Positions 26,861-39,102 of a stretch of 64,000 nt of DNA are shown here, in pieces. The stretch lies in NCBI RefSeq assembly GCF_009914755.1, contig NC_060937.1; one strand, 5' to 3'. Position numbers and translations under genes: made by a program. The notes under the pieces were generated by a model. That model was not told where the DNA came from, did no database searches, and saw only the letters and a program-made list of their open reading frames with translations. Within the stretch, counting starts at the first letter, position 1. The number at the start of each line of letters is the position of its first letter. Source of the DNA: the human T2T-CHM13v2.0 reference genome, Homo sapiens.

Positions 26861-28668
26861 CATTTTTACTAATATATGTTCTGGTTTCTGGAAGATAATA
26901 AGAAGAGAACACCATCAGACCTCGTGATAAACTTTCTTAGCAAAGGTGCAGGCTTGGAATGGAATTCTCGTAGTTATGGATTGATTGAAAGCTAAGTTTA
27001 TGCAATTATTGGCATTGGTGGTTATGTTGGATTGCCTTTTTTTTTGATGATCAACTATACGAGGAGCAGGAAATGGGCAGGACTGACTGCCTCAGTTGTT
27101 GGTTTACTGGTCTGCAGAAACATGGTTCAGGTCTTTATGACAATTCAACAATAAGCACTTGAAAATAAACCAAGAAAACTGAAAGCAGTAAAAAATAGTT
27201 TAGTAGACAGAAGATTCTGCATCACATACAGAGCTACATAGATTCAGATGACTTGTTTATTTCAGGAAGTTCTTAAAATGTACTTACATGCATGAAGTAT
27301 GTTCCCAAGAAGCTACTTTCAGAGAGGGTTATATAGATAAGTGGTCTGTGATAGTATCAGTTTTAATTATTACTTCAGAACACCTCTTCTTAATTTATAT
27401 TTAATATTAATAAACATTTATGATATGGAACCAAAAATTAGCATGTCTGATTTCTTAATTATTTGGATGTTTGTTCTCAAGAAGACAATAGTGTTGTGAT
27501 GGAGAGATGGTTTCAGGTAGGAACTTCCACAACAGTAGACATAAACCATGCATATTAGTGCAGAGTTGAAACTGAAATCATGTCAGAAATGTTGAGTTTG
27601 TAACTTATTAACTTTTGAAAAGTACATACAACAAGCTATTTGTAAAACTCAGCATTTATTGATATATCTGCAATATGCCAAAATAGAACTTCTGGCAACT
27701 CTGAAATGTTCTCAGAAATAATGAGTTTTGGCTAAATGCATGCAGTGCCTGAAGTTTGGTCTTTGAGGAGTTTAACACGCACAGCTGGGTCTCGTTAATG
27801 GTGCCAGTGGAATTTGTAGCACTATCTATTTTATGACACTTCCACACCTACTTTTACCTTATAAGGTAAAGACCCAAACTCTAAATGTGTATTATCCATA
27901 GGCCTATATTTAACAGCAAAATAATGATTTTTGCAAGCCAAAGAGAAACAGGAATTCGGTCTCCAGATGCTGTTTTTGAAAAGCGGCATCTAAATAGTTG
28001 CTGCCCAATGTCATGATCATGTTGTTTACTAAGATAATTTCAGCCTGTTTTACTAAAGCCATCGTGTAAGGCCAGATTTCTATTTTTTTAATAATACATC
28101 TAAAACAGTTACATGTGCAGTTGAGACTAAAATAAAAATAAAGACATTAATGGAAAGGCTGAGTTTTATTAGAGTTTGTATTTAAAGTCACACTCCCAAA
28201 TCTGCCTTTCCTTGCATTGTTGAAAAATTTCACAAGTTTTCTATAAGAAGTCAAGTATTTTTTTTTAAAGTTTGAATAAACCTGCTTATAAATGACATTC
28301 TTGGAAAAACTTTGGAAATAGTCTCCCAAAGACTATTTTTGTATGATATAATCCAGCCTTACTGGCTGTAGCTGATCCGTGGGGGAATTACCTGATCCAA
28401 GCTTTCCTCTCAAGGACCTTCTCTGAGGTGGTTTTGTTGTTGTTTGTTTGTTTTCAAAGTAGATCAGAGAAACACTTTTTTATAGGAGACATCAGTGGCC
28501 TCTAACAAACGCCAGGGCGTCTAATTGTGTCAGTGCACAATTAGAATAATGTAATCAACTAACCAAGAGAGGGAGAGAAGCACTCTTGCTGAATTTGAGT
28601 TCCTTCTTCCAGCCTTTTTTGAGTCTCAGCTACAGCTCTATTTTTCCTTAGCATTGAAATACTGTAGT

Positions 28669-28699
<31 letters not shown>

Positions 28700-29394
28700 A
28701 CAAAAAAAACCTCCTCTTTTTATCAAATTATTTTCAGTAGGGCATTTTTCAATAGGCATAGCAATGAAAATAGTTATGATTTGTGCAAAAATCATGAATA
28801 AGAACTGCACGAATTAGCTACAGCTTTCTTTAGCAAGAGATAGTAGCTCACAAGTTAGTTTTTATACAACTGTTTCTGTAAGATTTAATTCTATTTTCTA
28901 CAATACAAAGAAAAGACAAAGTAATATTTGAATCTGGTTTTACAACATAGACTTAATTATGTTGGTGAATTATTAAAAAAAAAAAAAAGTGAAGAAAGAG
29001 CCAGTTGAGACTAGGTTAGGAATAGACCCAAAACTGGAGAAGAGAGAAGTCTTGTCTTTTAGACACTGGCTGCCTCGGAAGAGGAAGATGAAAGAGGGCA
29101 CACATATGAGGGGGTGAAACCAGGACTGGGGACCAAAGATGCTGAAAGTCTCTGGAGTAAAGTGGACATCAAAGACAGCTTTATGTCTTTTTCAATCTTT
29201 TCAGTGTCTCTCCCTGGATCAAATTTATCAGAACATATCTATGTAGGGACATGTTGAAAAGATATGGGAAATACCCATCTTTATGGCTAATTTAACACGA
29301 TTTATTATTTAAAACAATAATGGTAGAAGTGGCTTCCATCTATTGAGATCTCAATGATGTGTCACTCCCTTTATTTATTTATGTCTACTTTATT

Positions 29395-29560
29395 AAAGTC
29401 TTACAAAATCCCTGTGAAATAGGTATTATTTCTACAGTGTTAAACATGGTAATAATACTGAGGCTCAGAGAAGCCTGTGCCTATGGCTACAGCGTAAGAC
29501 AGACAGATCTGGGACCTTAGACCAAGTCCATCTAACTCCAGTCTCACACTTGTAACCATA
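29395..29560 (-). mobile_element. MIR SINE
   Basis: acaaaatccctgtgaaataggtattatt...actgaggctcagagaag. Confidence 0.65.
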
Positions 29561-30145
29561 TATTTTGGACATTGAAATTGCATGTGTATGTCCAGTCATA
29601 GCTTCTTTGCCTGCTTTTCCTTGACATACTTTTTGAAAAGGACTATAAATAATCAAGACCAAAAATACTAAGTGAATCTGTTCAATAATTGGTGTTTGCC
29701 AAAGCCGTTTTTCTTTCAATCCCATTTTAAACAGAGCTCAACTTTAATGTTTTAATTACATGCATTTCTAGTTCAATTCAAATCTCTCTAAGATTAAAAC
29801 AAATGAATAAATCAGGAAGCATAATGACTTTTGGAGAATGTCCATTTATAATAAATCTGTTATGACCAACTAAAGAACACATAACATTAAAAAAGCAAAC
29901 TTTGCTATTTTGCCAAGCATTAAAATATGCAAATTTCCCTGGTGCTGTGTTATATATGTTTAAGATATGTTGATGACATGGGCTATTTTGAAATCTCTGC
30001 AAATATCCTTTTTAGGAAATATTTGTTTCTGTAGCAATTCTAAGATACTAGCAACTCATATGCCCATTTCAAAACACCTGTGAATATCACATATAGGTTA
30101 CACTTCAAAATTTAACTTGTGGAACTTTTATTCTGGTGAGCAGAG

Positions 30146-30557
30146 TTTCATGCGCGTCCGTGTGAAGAGACCACCAAACAGGCTTTGTGTGAGCAATAAA
30201 GCTTTTAATCACCTGGGTGCAGGCAGGCTGAGTCCGAAAAGAGAGTCAGCGAAGGGAGACAGGGGTGGGGCCGTTTTATAAGATTTGGGTAGGTAAAGGA
30301 AAATTACAGTCAAAGGGGGGTTGTTCTCTGGCGGGCAGGAGTAGGGGTCACAAGGTGCTCAGTAGGGGAGCTTTTGAGCCAGGATGAGCCAGGAGAAGGA
30401 ATTTCACAAGATAATGTCATCAGTTAAGGCAGGAACAGGCCATTTTCATTTCTTTTGTGGTGGAATGTCATCAGTTAAGGCAGGAACTGGCCATCTGGAT
30501 GTGTACGTGCAGGTCACAGGGGATATGATAGCTTAGCTTGGGCTCAGAGGCCTGACA
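30146..30557 (-). mobile_element. HERV-H 3' LTR (LTR7 family, 412 bp)
   Basis: Direct repeat of 35903-36304, with ATTAAA poly(A) signal at 30204-30209 (minus). Confidence 0.95.
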
Positions 30558-31099
30558 TTCCTGTCTTCTTATATTAATAAGAAAAATAAAATGAAATAGT
30601 GGTAAAGTGTGAGGATGGCAAAAATTTTGGGGGATGGTATGGAGAGATAATGGGCGATGTTTCTCAGGGCTGCTTCGAGCGGGATTAGGGGTAGCGTGGG
30701 AACCTAGAGTGGGAGAGATTAAGCTGAAGGAAGATTTTGTGGTAAGGAGTGATATTGTGGGACTGTTAGAAGAAACATTTGTCATTTAGAATTATTGGTG
30801 ATGGCCTGGGTACGGTTTTGTATGAATTGAAAAACTAAACAGAATAAAAGAAGGAGAAAAACAGGTATTAAAGGTCTAAGAATTGGGAGGACCCAGGACA
30901 TCTGATTAGAGAGTGCCTAAGGAGGTTCAGCATAGCCTTGCCAGCAAAGATTATTTATTTACTTTAAGAGTTAAGAGTGGCGGTTTGGGGTTAGCACCAA
31001 GAGATATCAGCTGTGATGGCTTGGAGAAGCAGCGTAAACCATCAGTGTAATCAAGAGCAGGGCATGTATGCGTAGTTGAGAACGGTCAATAGGAGTATG

Positions 31100-34000
31100 A
31101 CTAGAGAGAATAAGGAGTGTCCATACAGGAGCTTAAATGGGCTGTACCTTGTAGCATTCCGAGGACAGGCCTGAATTCTGAGAAGGGAAAGTGGTAAAAG
31201 TATTGTGCAGTCCTTTTTAAGTTGGTGGCTGAACTTGGTGAAGTGTGTTTTTAAAAGACCTTTAGTCCGTTCTACTTTTCCTGAAGACTGAGGACCATAA
31301 GGGATATAAACGTTTCACTGGATACTACGAGCCTGAAAAACTGCTTGGCTGATTTGACTAATAAAAGCCGGTCTGCTATTAGACTGTATAGAGGTGGGAA
31401 GGCCAAACTGAGGAATTATGTCTGACAGAAGGGAAGAAATGACCACGGTGACCTTCTCAGACCCTGTGGAAAGGCCTCTACCCATCTAGTGAAAGTGTCT
31501 ACTCAGACTAAGAGGTATTTTAGTTATCTGACTTGGGGCATGTTAGTAAAGTCAATTTGCCAGTTCTGGGCAGGGGCAAATCCCTGAGCTTGATGTGTAG
31601 GAAAGGGGGGGGGGGGCCTGAATAGTCCCTGAGGAGTAGCAGAATAGCAGATGGAACACTGAGAAGTTATTTCCTTGAGATAGATTTCCATGATGGAAAG
31701 GAAATGAGAGGTTCTAAGAGGCAGGCTGGTGGCTTGTACTATAGCATAGCCTGGCTTTGCTGGTGTGTGGTGATTATGCCTGGTGGAACTGCCATCAATA
31801 AATCAAGCGTGATCAGGTTGAGGAACAGGAAAGAAGGAAATATGGGGAAATGGGGTGAATGTCAGGTGGATCAGAGAGATACAGTCATGGGGGTCAGGTG
31901 TGGTATCAGGAATAATGTGGGAAGCTGGATTGAAGTCTGGGCCAGAAACAATGGTAATTGTGGGACTCAACAAAGAGTGAGTACAGCTGAAGGAGCCGGG
32001 GAGCAGAAAGTATATGTGTCAGGTGTGAGGAAGAAAATAGATTTTGGAAGTTATGAGAACTGTAGAGAGTGAGTTGAGCATAGTTTGTGATTTTAAGGGC
32101 CTTTAAAAGTATTAGGGCGGCGGCGGCCGCCACACGCAGACTTGAGGGCTAAGCAAAACAGTAAGGTCAAGTTGTTTGGATAAAAAGGCTACAGGGCGCA
32201 GTCCCAGTTCTTGTGTAAGAATTCCAACTGCACAGCCCTGCACTTTGGCTGTGGGTAATGAAAAGGGTTCAGATGAGTCAGGGAGAGCTAGGGTGGGGGC
32301 AGTCTCTAAAGCTGTCTTCAAGGAATGAAAAAGAGTGGGGAAAGGATTTAGGATCTATGGGGTCAGCTAGGTTTCTTTTTGTGAGTTTATATAATGGTTT
32401 TGTTAGGATGGCAAAACCAGGTATCTAAAGTCGAAAGTATCTAACCATGCCTAGGAAGGAAAGGAGTTGTTTTGTAGAAGGTGTTGGGGTTTGAGAGATC
32501 AGTCAGACACAATAGGCAGGGAGAGCATGTGTGTGTTTATGAGAATTACGCCAAAACAGGTAACAGATGAGGAAGAAATTTGGGCTTGATTGAAGTAATG
32601 GGGGCTGTCTGTGAAGCCTTGCGGCAGTACAGCCCAGGTAATTTGCTGAGCCTGTTGGGTGTCAGGGTCAGTCCAGGTGAAAGCAAAGAAAGGCTGGGAT
32701 GAAGGATGCAAAGGAATAGTAAAGAAAGCATGTTAGAGATCCAGAACAGAATAATGGATTGTGGAGGGAGGTATTGAGAATAGGAGAGTATATGGGTTTG
32801 GCACCATGGGGTGGATAGGCAAAACAATTTGATTGATAAGGCACAGATCCTGAACTAACCTGTAAGGCTTGTCTGGTTTTAGGACAGGTAAAATGGGGGA
32901 ATTGTAAGGAGAGTTTATAGGCTTTAAAAGGCCATGCTATAACAGGTGAGTGATAACAGGCTTTCATCCTTTTAAAGCATGCTGTGGGATGGGATATTGG
33001 CATTGAGCGGGATAAGAGTGATTAGGTTTTAATGGGATGATAAGGGGTGCATGATCAGTCGCTAAGGAGGGAGTAGAGGTGTCTTATACTTGTGGGTTAA
33101 GGTGGGGAGATACAAGGGGAGGATGTGAAGGAGGCTTTGAACTGGGGGAAAAGGCGGCAATGAGGTGTGGCTGTAGCCCAGGAATAGTCAGGGAAGCAGA
33201 TAATTTAATTAAAGTGTCTCGGCCTAATAAGGGAACTGGGCAGGTGGGGATAACTAAAAAGGAGTGCTTAAAAGAGTATTGTCTAAGTTGGCACCAGAGT
33301 TGGGGAGTTTTAAGAGGTTTAGAAGCCTGGCCATCAATACCCACAACAGTTATGGAGGCAAGGGAAACAGGCCCTTGAAAAGAAGGTAATGTGGAGTGGG
33401 TAGCCTCCATATTAATTAAGAAGGGGGCGGACTTATCTTCCACTGTGAGAATTACTTAGAGCATCTGTGATGGTCTTGTAGGCTTCCGAGGCAATCAGGC
33501 AGTGTCAGTCTTCAGCTGCTAAGCCGAGAAGATCTGGGAAGGAGTCAGAGAGCCTTGGGCCAGAGTTCCAGGGGCTGTGGAAGTGGCTGCCAGGTGAGTT
33601 GAACAGTCTGATTTTCAGTGGGGTCCTGCACAGATGGGACATGGCTTAGGAGGAATCCCAGGCTGTGGGCATTCCTTGGCCCAGTGGCCAGATTTCTGGC
33701 ACTTGAAGCAAGATCCTGATGGAGGAAGTCTTGTAGGAATGCTTGACTGCTGCGGCTTAGGCGTGTGCAGCTTAGGCATTTTGAAGTTCTTGTATGCTGG
33801 AGGTGTGGCTGGGTTTTGTCTCACAGCAGAGGCAAGTAATTGTAACTCAGAAATGCATTGCCGTTTGGCTGCTTCCTATTATTGTACACCTTGAAGGCGA
33901 GGTTGATTAATTCCTGTTGTGGGGTTTGAGGGCCAGATTCTAATTTTTGAAGTTTTTTCCTAATGTCAGGAGTGGATTGGGTGATAAAATGCATATTAAG

Positions 34001-35098
34001 AATAAGGCGGCCTTCTGGCCTTTCTGGGTCTAGGGCGGTAAAGCGTCTAAGGGTTGCTGCTAAGTGGGCCCTGAACTGGGCTGGGTTTTCGTCTTTACCT
34101 TGGGTAGTTTCTTTAAGCTTGTCAGAATTAACAGGTTTGTAAGCTGCCTTTTTAAGCCCTCAAACTAGGCAGGAAATCATGTAATCTTGTCTAGCTATAC
34201 CTGGGGAATTTGCCTGATAGTTCCATTGGGGATCCTCTCAGGGAACTGCTCTAATGCCTTCCTGGAGGTCTGACTCGTGAAGCCAGCGGTTATCAGCGTG
34301 AGATTGGGCTAGAGAAAAAACTCTTTCTCTTTCATCTGGGGAGAGGGTAGAAGTCAGGATGACATTTAAGTCACTCCAGGTTAAACTGTAGGACAGAGTT
34401 AGATATTGGAATTCCTGTATATATTTAATGGGGTCTGATGAGAAAGAGCCTAAATGCTGACTGATCTGAGAGAGGTCTGATAGAGAAAAAGGTACTTGTA
34501 CTTTGACTATGCCTTCAGCTCCAGCCACCTCTCTAAGAGGAAATTGTTGGGCAGGTGGGGGAAGAGCTAGTCGTGGGACTAAACTGTAAGCCGGACCAAA
34601 TGTGAGGAGGGGAGGTGATAAAAGGATTATAGGGTGGAGGAGCAGAAGCTGAGGAAGAATTGGGACCTACCTTAGCCTGGCGATGAGGGGAGAGGTCAGA
34701 TGGGTCTGTAGAAAAGGAAGATTAGAAAGACTCAGTGACGCTTGAGGTTGGGACTGAGGGGACAGGCAGGAGGGAAAGAAGGAAGATTTGGGATGAGCTG
34801 CATCGGGAACAGAGACTAGGGAGGGACTGTTGTGTAAAAGAATGCCTGGATGTCAGGCATTTCGACTGTTTGCGCATTTTACGACAAGAATTATTTAGAT
34901 CTTGTAGGATGGAAAAATTGAAAGTGCCATTTTCTGGCTATTTGGAACAACTGTCAAGTTTGTTTGGGGTCAAGCGGCATTGCAGAAGAAAATAAGGCAT
35001 TTAGGTTTTAGGTCAGGTGTGAGTTGAAGAGGTTTTAATTTCTTGAGAACACAGGCTAAGGGAGAAGCAGGAGGAATGGAGGGTGGAAGGTTGCCCAT
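31100..35098 (-). pseudogene. Disrupted HERV-H gag-pro-pol
   Basis: Fragments in different frames with stops: gag MGNLPPSIPP, capsid VPFSLSDLSQI, zinc knuckle CFKCQKSGHWAKEC, protease CPVPLLGRD, RT WAVLPQGFTDSPHYF, connection APTLALPD. Confidence 0.9.
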
Positions 35099-35882
35099 AG
35101 TGAAGGAGGCAAGCCCAGAGAAAAGAGAGAGTAGAGACACAGAGGGAAAGGGTCCGGGGGTTCTTACCCTCCAGAAAAGCGGGAAAGGAGTCAGGGCACA
35201 GAAATAAGGGGTTGGGGCGCAGAGATTAGAGGTCACAGCAGAGAAATAAGGGATGGGGCACAGAGATAAGAGGTCGGGGTATGGAAATTAGGGATTGGGG
35301 GGTTCTTGCCCCCAGAAAAGCAGAGAAGGGGTAGAGACACAGAAAGAAGGGGTTGGGGGGTTCTTGTCCCCTAGAAAAGTGGTACTTGCTGCTAAGGGTG
35401 AAGGAGAAGGGGTTGGGGGGTTCTTACCCCCCAGAAAAGTGGTACTTGCCGCTAAGGGTGAATGACCAAGGCAGGCGTCCCCGTGTGGTCAGACACCTCT
35501 GAAACATGGGTGAATAATCAGAGAGGCATCCCTGCAATGATTAAACACCAAGGGAAGGCTGCCTTCCCAAGTCCATGACCAGCGCTGGAGTTTTGGATCC
35601 ACAGATAAAACGTGTCTCCTTTGTCTCTACCAGAAAATAAAAGGAATTGAAATTAAGAGAAGGGAGAGATTGAAGGGTGGCACCAAGATTGAAAGGAGAA
35701 AGTGGTTGAGGGATAGTGAGAGAGGTTGGAGAAGACAGTAAGAAGAGGCCACTTACCCGATTTAAAATTGGTGAGATGTTCCTTGGGCTGGTGGTTCTGA
35801 GGACCCGAGGTCATAGGTGGATCTTTTTCACAGAGCAAAGAGCAGGAGGACAGGGGATTGATCTCCCAAGGGAGGTCCCCCT

Positions 35883-35900
35883 ATCTGAGTCACAGCACCA
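35883..35900 (-). other. tRNA-His primer-binding site
   Basis: TGGTGCTGTGACTCAGAT versus consensus TGGTGCCGTGACTCGGAT (two CpG-type changes), just after the 5' LTR. Confidence 0.9.
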
Positions 35901-35902
35901 AA

Positions 35903-36304
35903 TTTCATGCACGTCAGTGTGAAGAGACCACCAAACAGGGTTTGTGTGAGCAATAAAGCTTTTAATCACCTGGGTGCAGGTGGGCTGAGTCCAGAAAGAG
36001 AGTCAGTAAAGGGAGATAGGGGTGGGGCCATTTTATAAGATTTGGGTAGGTAAAGGAAAATTACAGTCAAAGGGGGGTTGTCCTCTGGCAGGCAGGAGTG
36101 GGGGTCACAAGGTGCTCAGTAGGGGAGCTTTTGAGCCAGGAGAAGGAATTTCACAAGATAATGTCATCAGTTAAGGCAGGAACAGGCCATTTTCATTTCT
36201 TTTGTGGTGGAATGTCATCAGTTAAGGCAGGAACTGGCCATCTGGATGTGTACGTGCAGGTCACAGGGGATATGATGGCTTAGCTTGGGCTCAAAGGCCT
36301 GACA
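35903..36304 (-). mobile_element. HERV-H 5' LTR (LTR7 family, 402 bp)
   Basis: Precedes the PBS and retains TATAAAA (cttataaaatgg on minus). Lacks one copy of a 10-bp repeat (gagccaggat) present in the 3' LTR. Confidence 0.95.
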
Positions 36305-36640
36305 CAGAGAAATAGTTGGAATCCTAAATTTGGCAATTTAAACTTGTTTGATCTTTAGAAAATTCTCTAATTTGAGTTTTAGTGTTGTCATGTGTGTATT
36401 TGCCAAAATAATACCTTCTTCATAAATTCGTTGGGAAGATTAAATGAAGTCATGAATGAAAACTGCTTTGCATGTTGTAGGTGTTCCATGATGCCTATCT
36501 TAAAAATTGCTTGCAAATTAAATGAGATAATGATGCTAAAGGATTCATACATTGTAAGCACTCAACGAAAATATCTGATTCTCTTTCCTAGATGTTTTTT
36601 ATATTATGGTAGCATGCTGGACTTAAAATTCTTATGTATG

Positions 36641-36991
<351 letters not shown>

Positions 36992-37029
36992 TTATAAAAT
37001 TCATGTCATGGTTGTATTCACTATTAATA

Positions 37030-38220
37030 CAGTTATTCATTTGTTAAGTTATTCAGACATTTGTGCAAGCGAAGAATATTAATTAACCACTGTATTCCAG
37101 GTGCTATTCTAGGCACTGGGGGTTGAATGAACAAAGAGGAATGACATATGAGCTTCACTATAAGAGATTCATTGGAGGTGTGTGGTAAAGATATGAAAAG
37201 GACAGAGGGAAGACATAAAAGAGGAAATGGTTAAATTTAACCTAGAGAAGAGTTTAATTTTTTTTTTTTCATAGAGAAGGTGATAATGGGGCTCAGCTAT
37301 AAAATATGAGTAGATGTTCTCCAGGTAAAAATGGAGATAGGGGATTTCAGAAAAATGGAATAACTTCATAAAATTTTGAAATACATAAAACCCTCTCATC
37401 TTCCTGGGAAATTTAATCTCAGAATGCCTGGAATGGCAACTAGAAGATGGAGTTTTAGTGCAATAAGTCTGGCAAAGTAGACGTGGAGAAACAGGAAGCT
37501 CTAATACACCAACTTAAGATGACTGTGGTTTACCTCTTAGGCATGAGAAGCATGTATACTCACACTGCGTGTTATGAACAGATTAGTTTGTCAGAAAATC
37601 TCATTCAAAGCCAAGGAAAAGATGAATTGGGTGTGTGTGTGTGTGTGTGTGTGTAGGTCATGATGCACAAAGAGCAGTTGGGTTAAAATTGCCACAGTCT
37701 ATGAGCAAGATAAAGAGACTTTGGCTTGGAATATTTGAAGGGGAGATGGAAGGAGGTTAAGCGTATAATTTATGATTCAGAATTCACAAGATGTGGTCTC
37801 TGTGTGCGAGTTGAAAGGGATGGGAACAGGATCCTAGATGCCATTCTGGCATGGATCCATGTTTTATACTATTGATTAAGACAGGAATCCTAGAAATTTT
37901 TGGAAAGCTACAATGATTTCAGTTTTGGTCTAGTTTAATTTATGATGCCTGGGAGATACCTAGGTGTGATATCTGGTTGAAACCTGGAAATGTGAGCCTG
38001 AAGCTCATAATATAGTTCTTAGACACAGATGCATATTTGGGAATTATCCACAATTAATTTGTACAGGGAGTGAGTAAAGAAACTATCCCGTTAAAAGACT
38101 GAGAAGGAAGAATCAAATAAAAAAGAGAAGAATCAGAGAAGCCAAGGGAGGGAAGAGATTCAAGAAGTAGTCCAGAGGTTCAGTGTGATAAGAATTAAGA
38201 AAGTCATTGGATAATTTTTT
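37030..38220 (-). mobile_element. Degraded L2 fragments
   Basis: ttattcatttgtt...ccaggtgctattctaggcactgggg and ttcagttttggtctagtttaatttatgatgcc. Boundaries approximate. Confidence 0.6.
37631..37654. repeat. (GT)12 microsatellite
   Basis: Seen directly. Confidence 0.95.
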
Positions 38221-38895
38221 TTAACTACCAATAGGCACTCATAATTATTTCTAAAAGTCTTACTAGAAGGGAAGGGATGGTATGGTTGGTTTGTCTATTC
38301 TCTGTTCTGAGGAAATAAATGTAAATGACCAGAGTTCACAAGGAGCCACAGTTATTTGTATTGCACTATCATCTACTCTTTAACTTACATAATGACCAGA
38401 TTCTTCTAGTGATTTATCAAATAACTAACACTTTCATAAGTTCACAAGATTCTTCTCTATTAGCTAGCTCATTTTCCTCACAGCAGCTTCATATCTATTT
38501 TACAGATGAGGCAGTTTCTCTTAACAGGTTAAATGAGGGGGCACAGGCCATTGGAAAGGTGGAACAGAACGATGGTTTAACACTTTTTCAAAAGGATGAG
38601 GAGTGGTGGTGATTGGAAGTTTTCTAAGTTGGACAGTAGGACAGGGACAGTTGTTTTATATTTTGGAATCTGTTTGGCACATAATAAATATTCACTCAAC
38701 ATTTGTTGAACTAATGCTTAAATAAAGCAAAAGCCTTGTCGAGAATACTGAGTTATATACAGTACCATTTTGAGTAAGGAGTTATAGGAGATGTTTAGTA
38801 TTTTGTTACTATTCATAAACATCAGTGCAGAGAGATGGAAGAATAGAAGGCTTTGTCAGTATTATGAAGCAGTCTGATAAAATTTAAACATTATT

Positions 38896-39102
38896 AACCA
38901 CTGCAACCAGCTATGCTGACCTGCAAATGTTCTGCCTGTCATGTGCTTACCTCTGATGTCAATTCTTGTGCTTTGTCTAAACAAAAATAAAATCCCTACC
39001 ACCTTTTTCAGGGAACCAGCTATTGAATCTTTGTGCCTTCCCTCTGCTGTCTCCCTTGCACTTGAGCACAATCCCTGAAATAAAAGCCTTGTCTGGGAAA
39101 AA
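38896..39102 (+). mobile_element. Short processed retrocopy of an unidentified polyadenylated RNA 3' end (LTR-like)
   Basis: 17-bp TSD AAAATTTAAACATTATT at 38879-38895 and 39103-39119. AATAAA at 39079-39084, followed 13 nt later by an A-run. Confidence 0.75.

Larger units (their letters stand above)
30146..36304 (-). mobile_element. HERV-H provirus (two LTR7, common pol/env-deleted form, 6.16 kb)
   Basis: Two LTRs TGTCAGGCCT...CATGAAA, TSD CAGAG at 30141-30145 and 36305-36309, a tRNA-His PBS, a polypurine tract before the 3' LTR, and gag/pro/pol remnants. Confidence 0.97.

Noticed and set aside
35150-35465. Repeated gggggttctt...cagaaaag units that superficially resemble a repeat-spacer array
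   Set aside because: Ordinary tandem repeats of the HERV-H leader in human DNA; not CRISPR.
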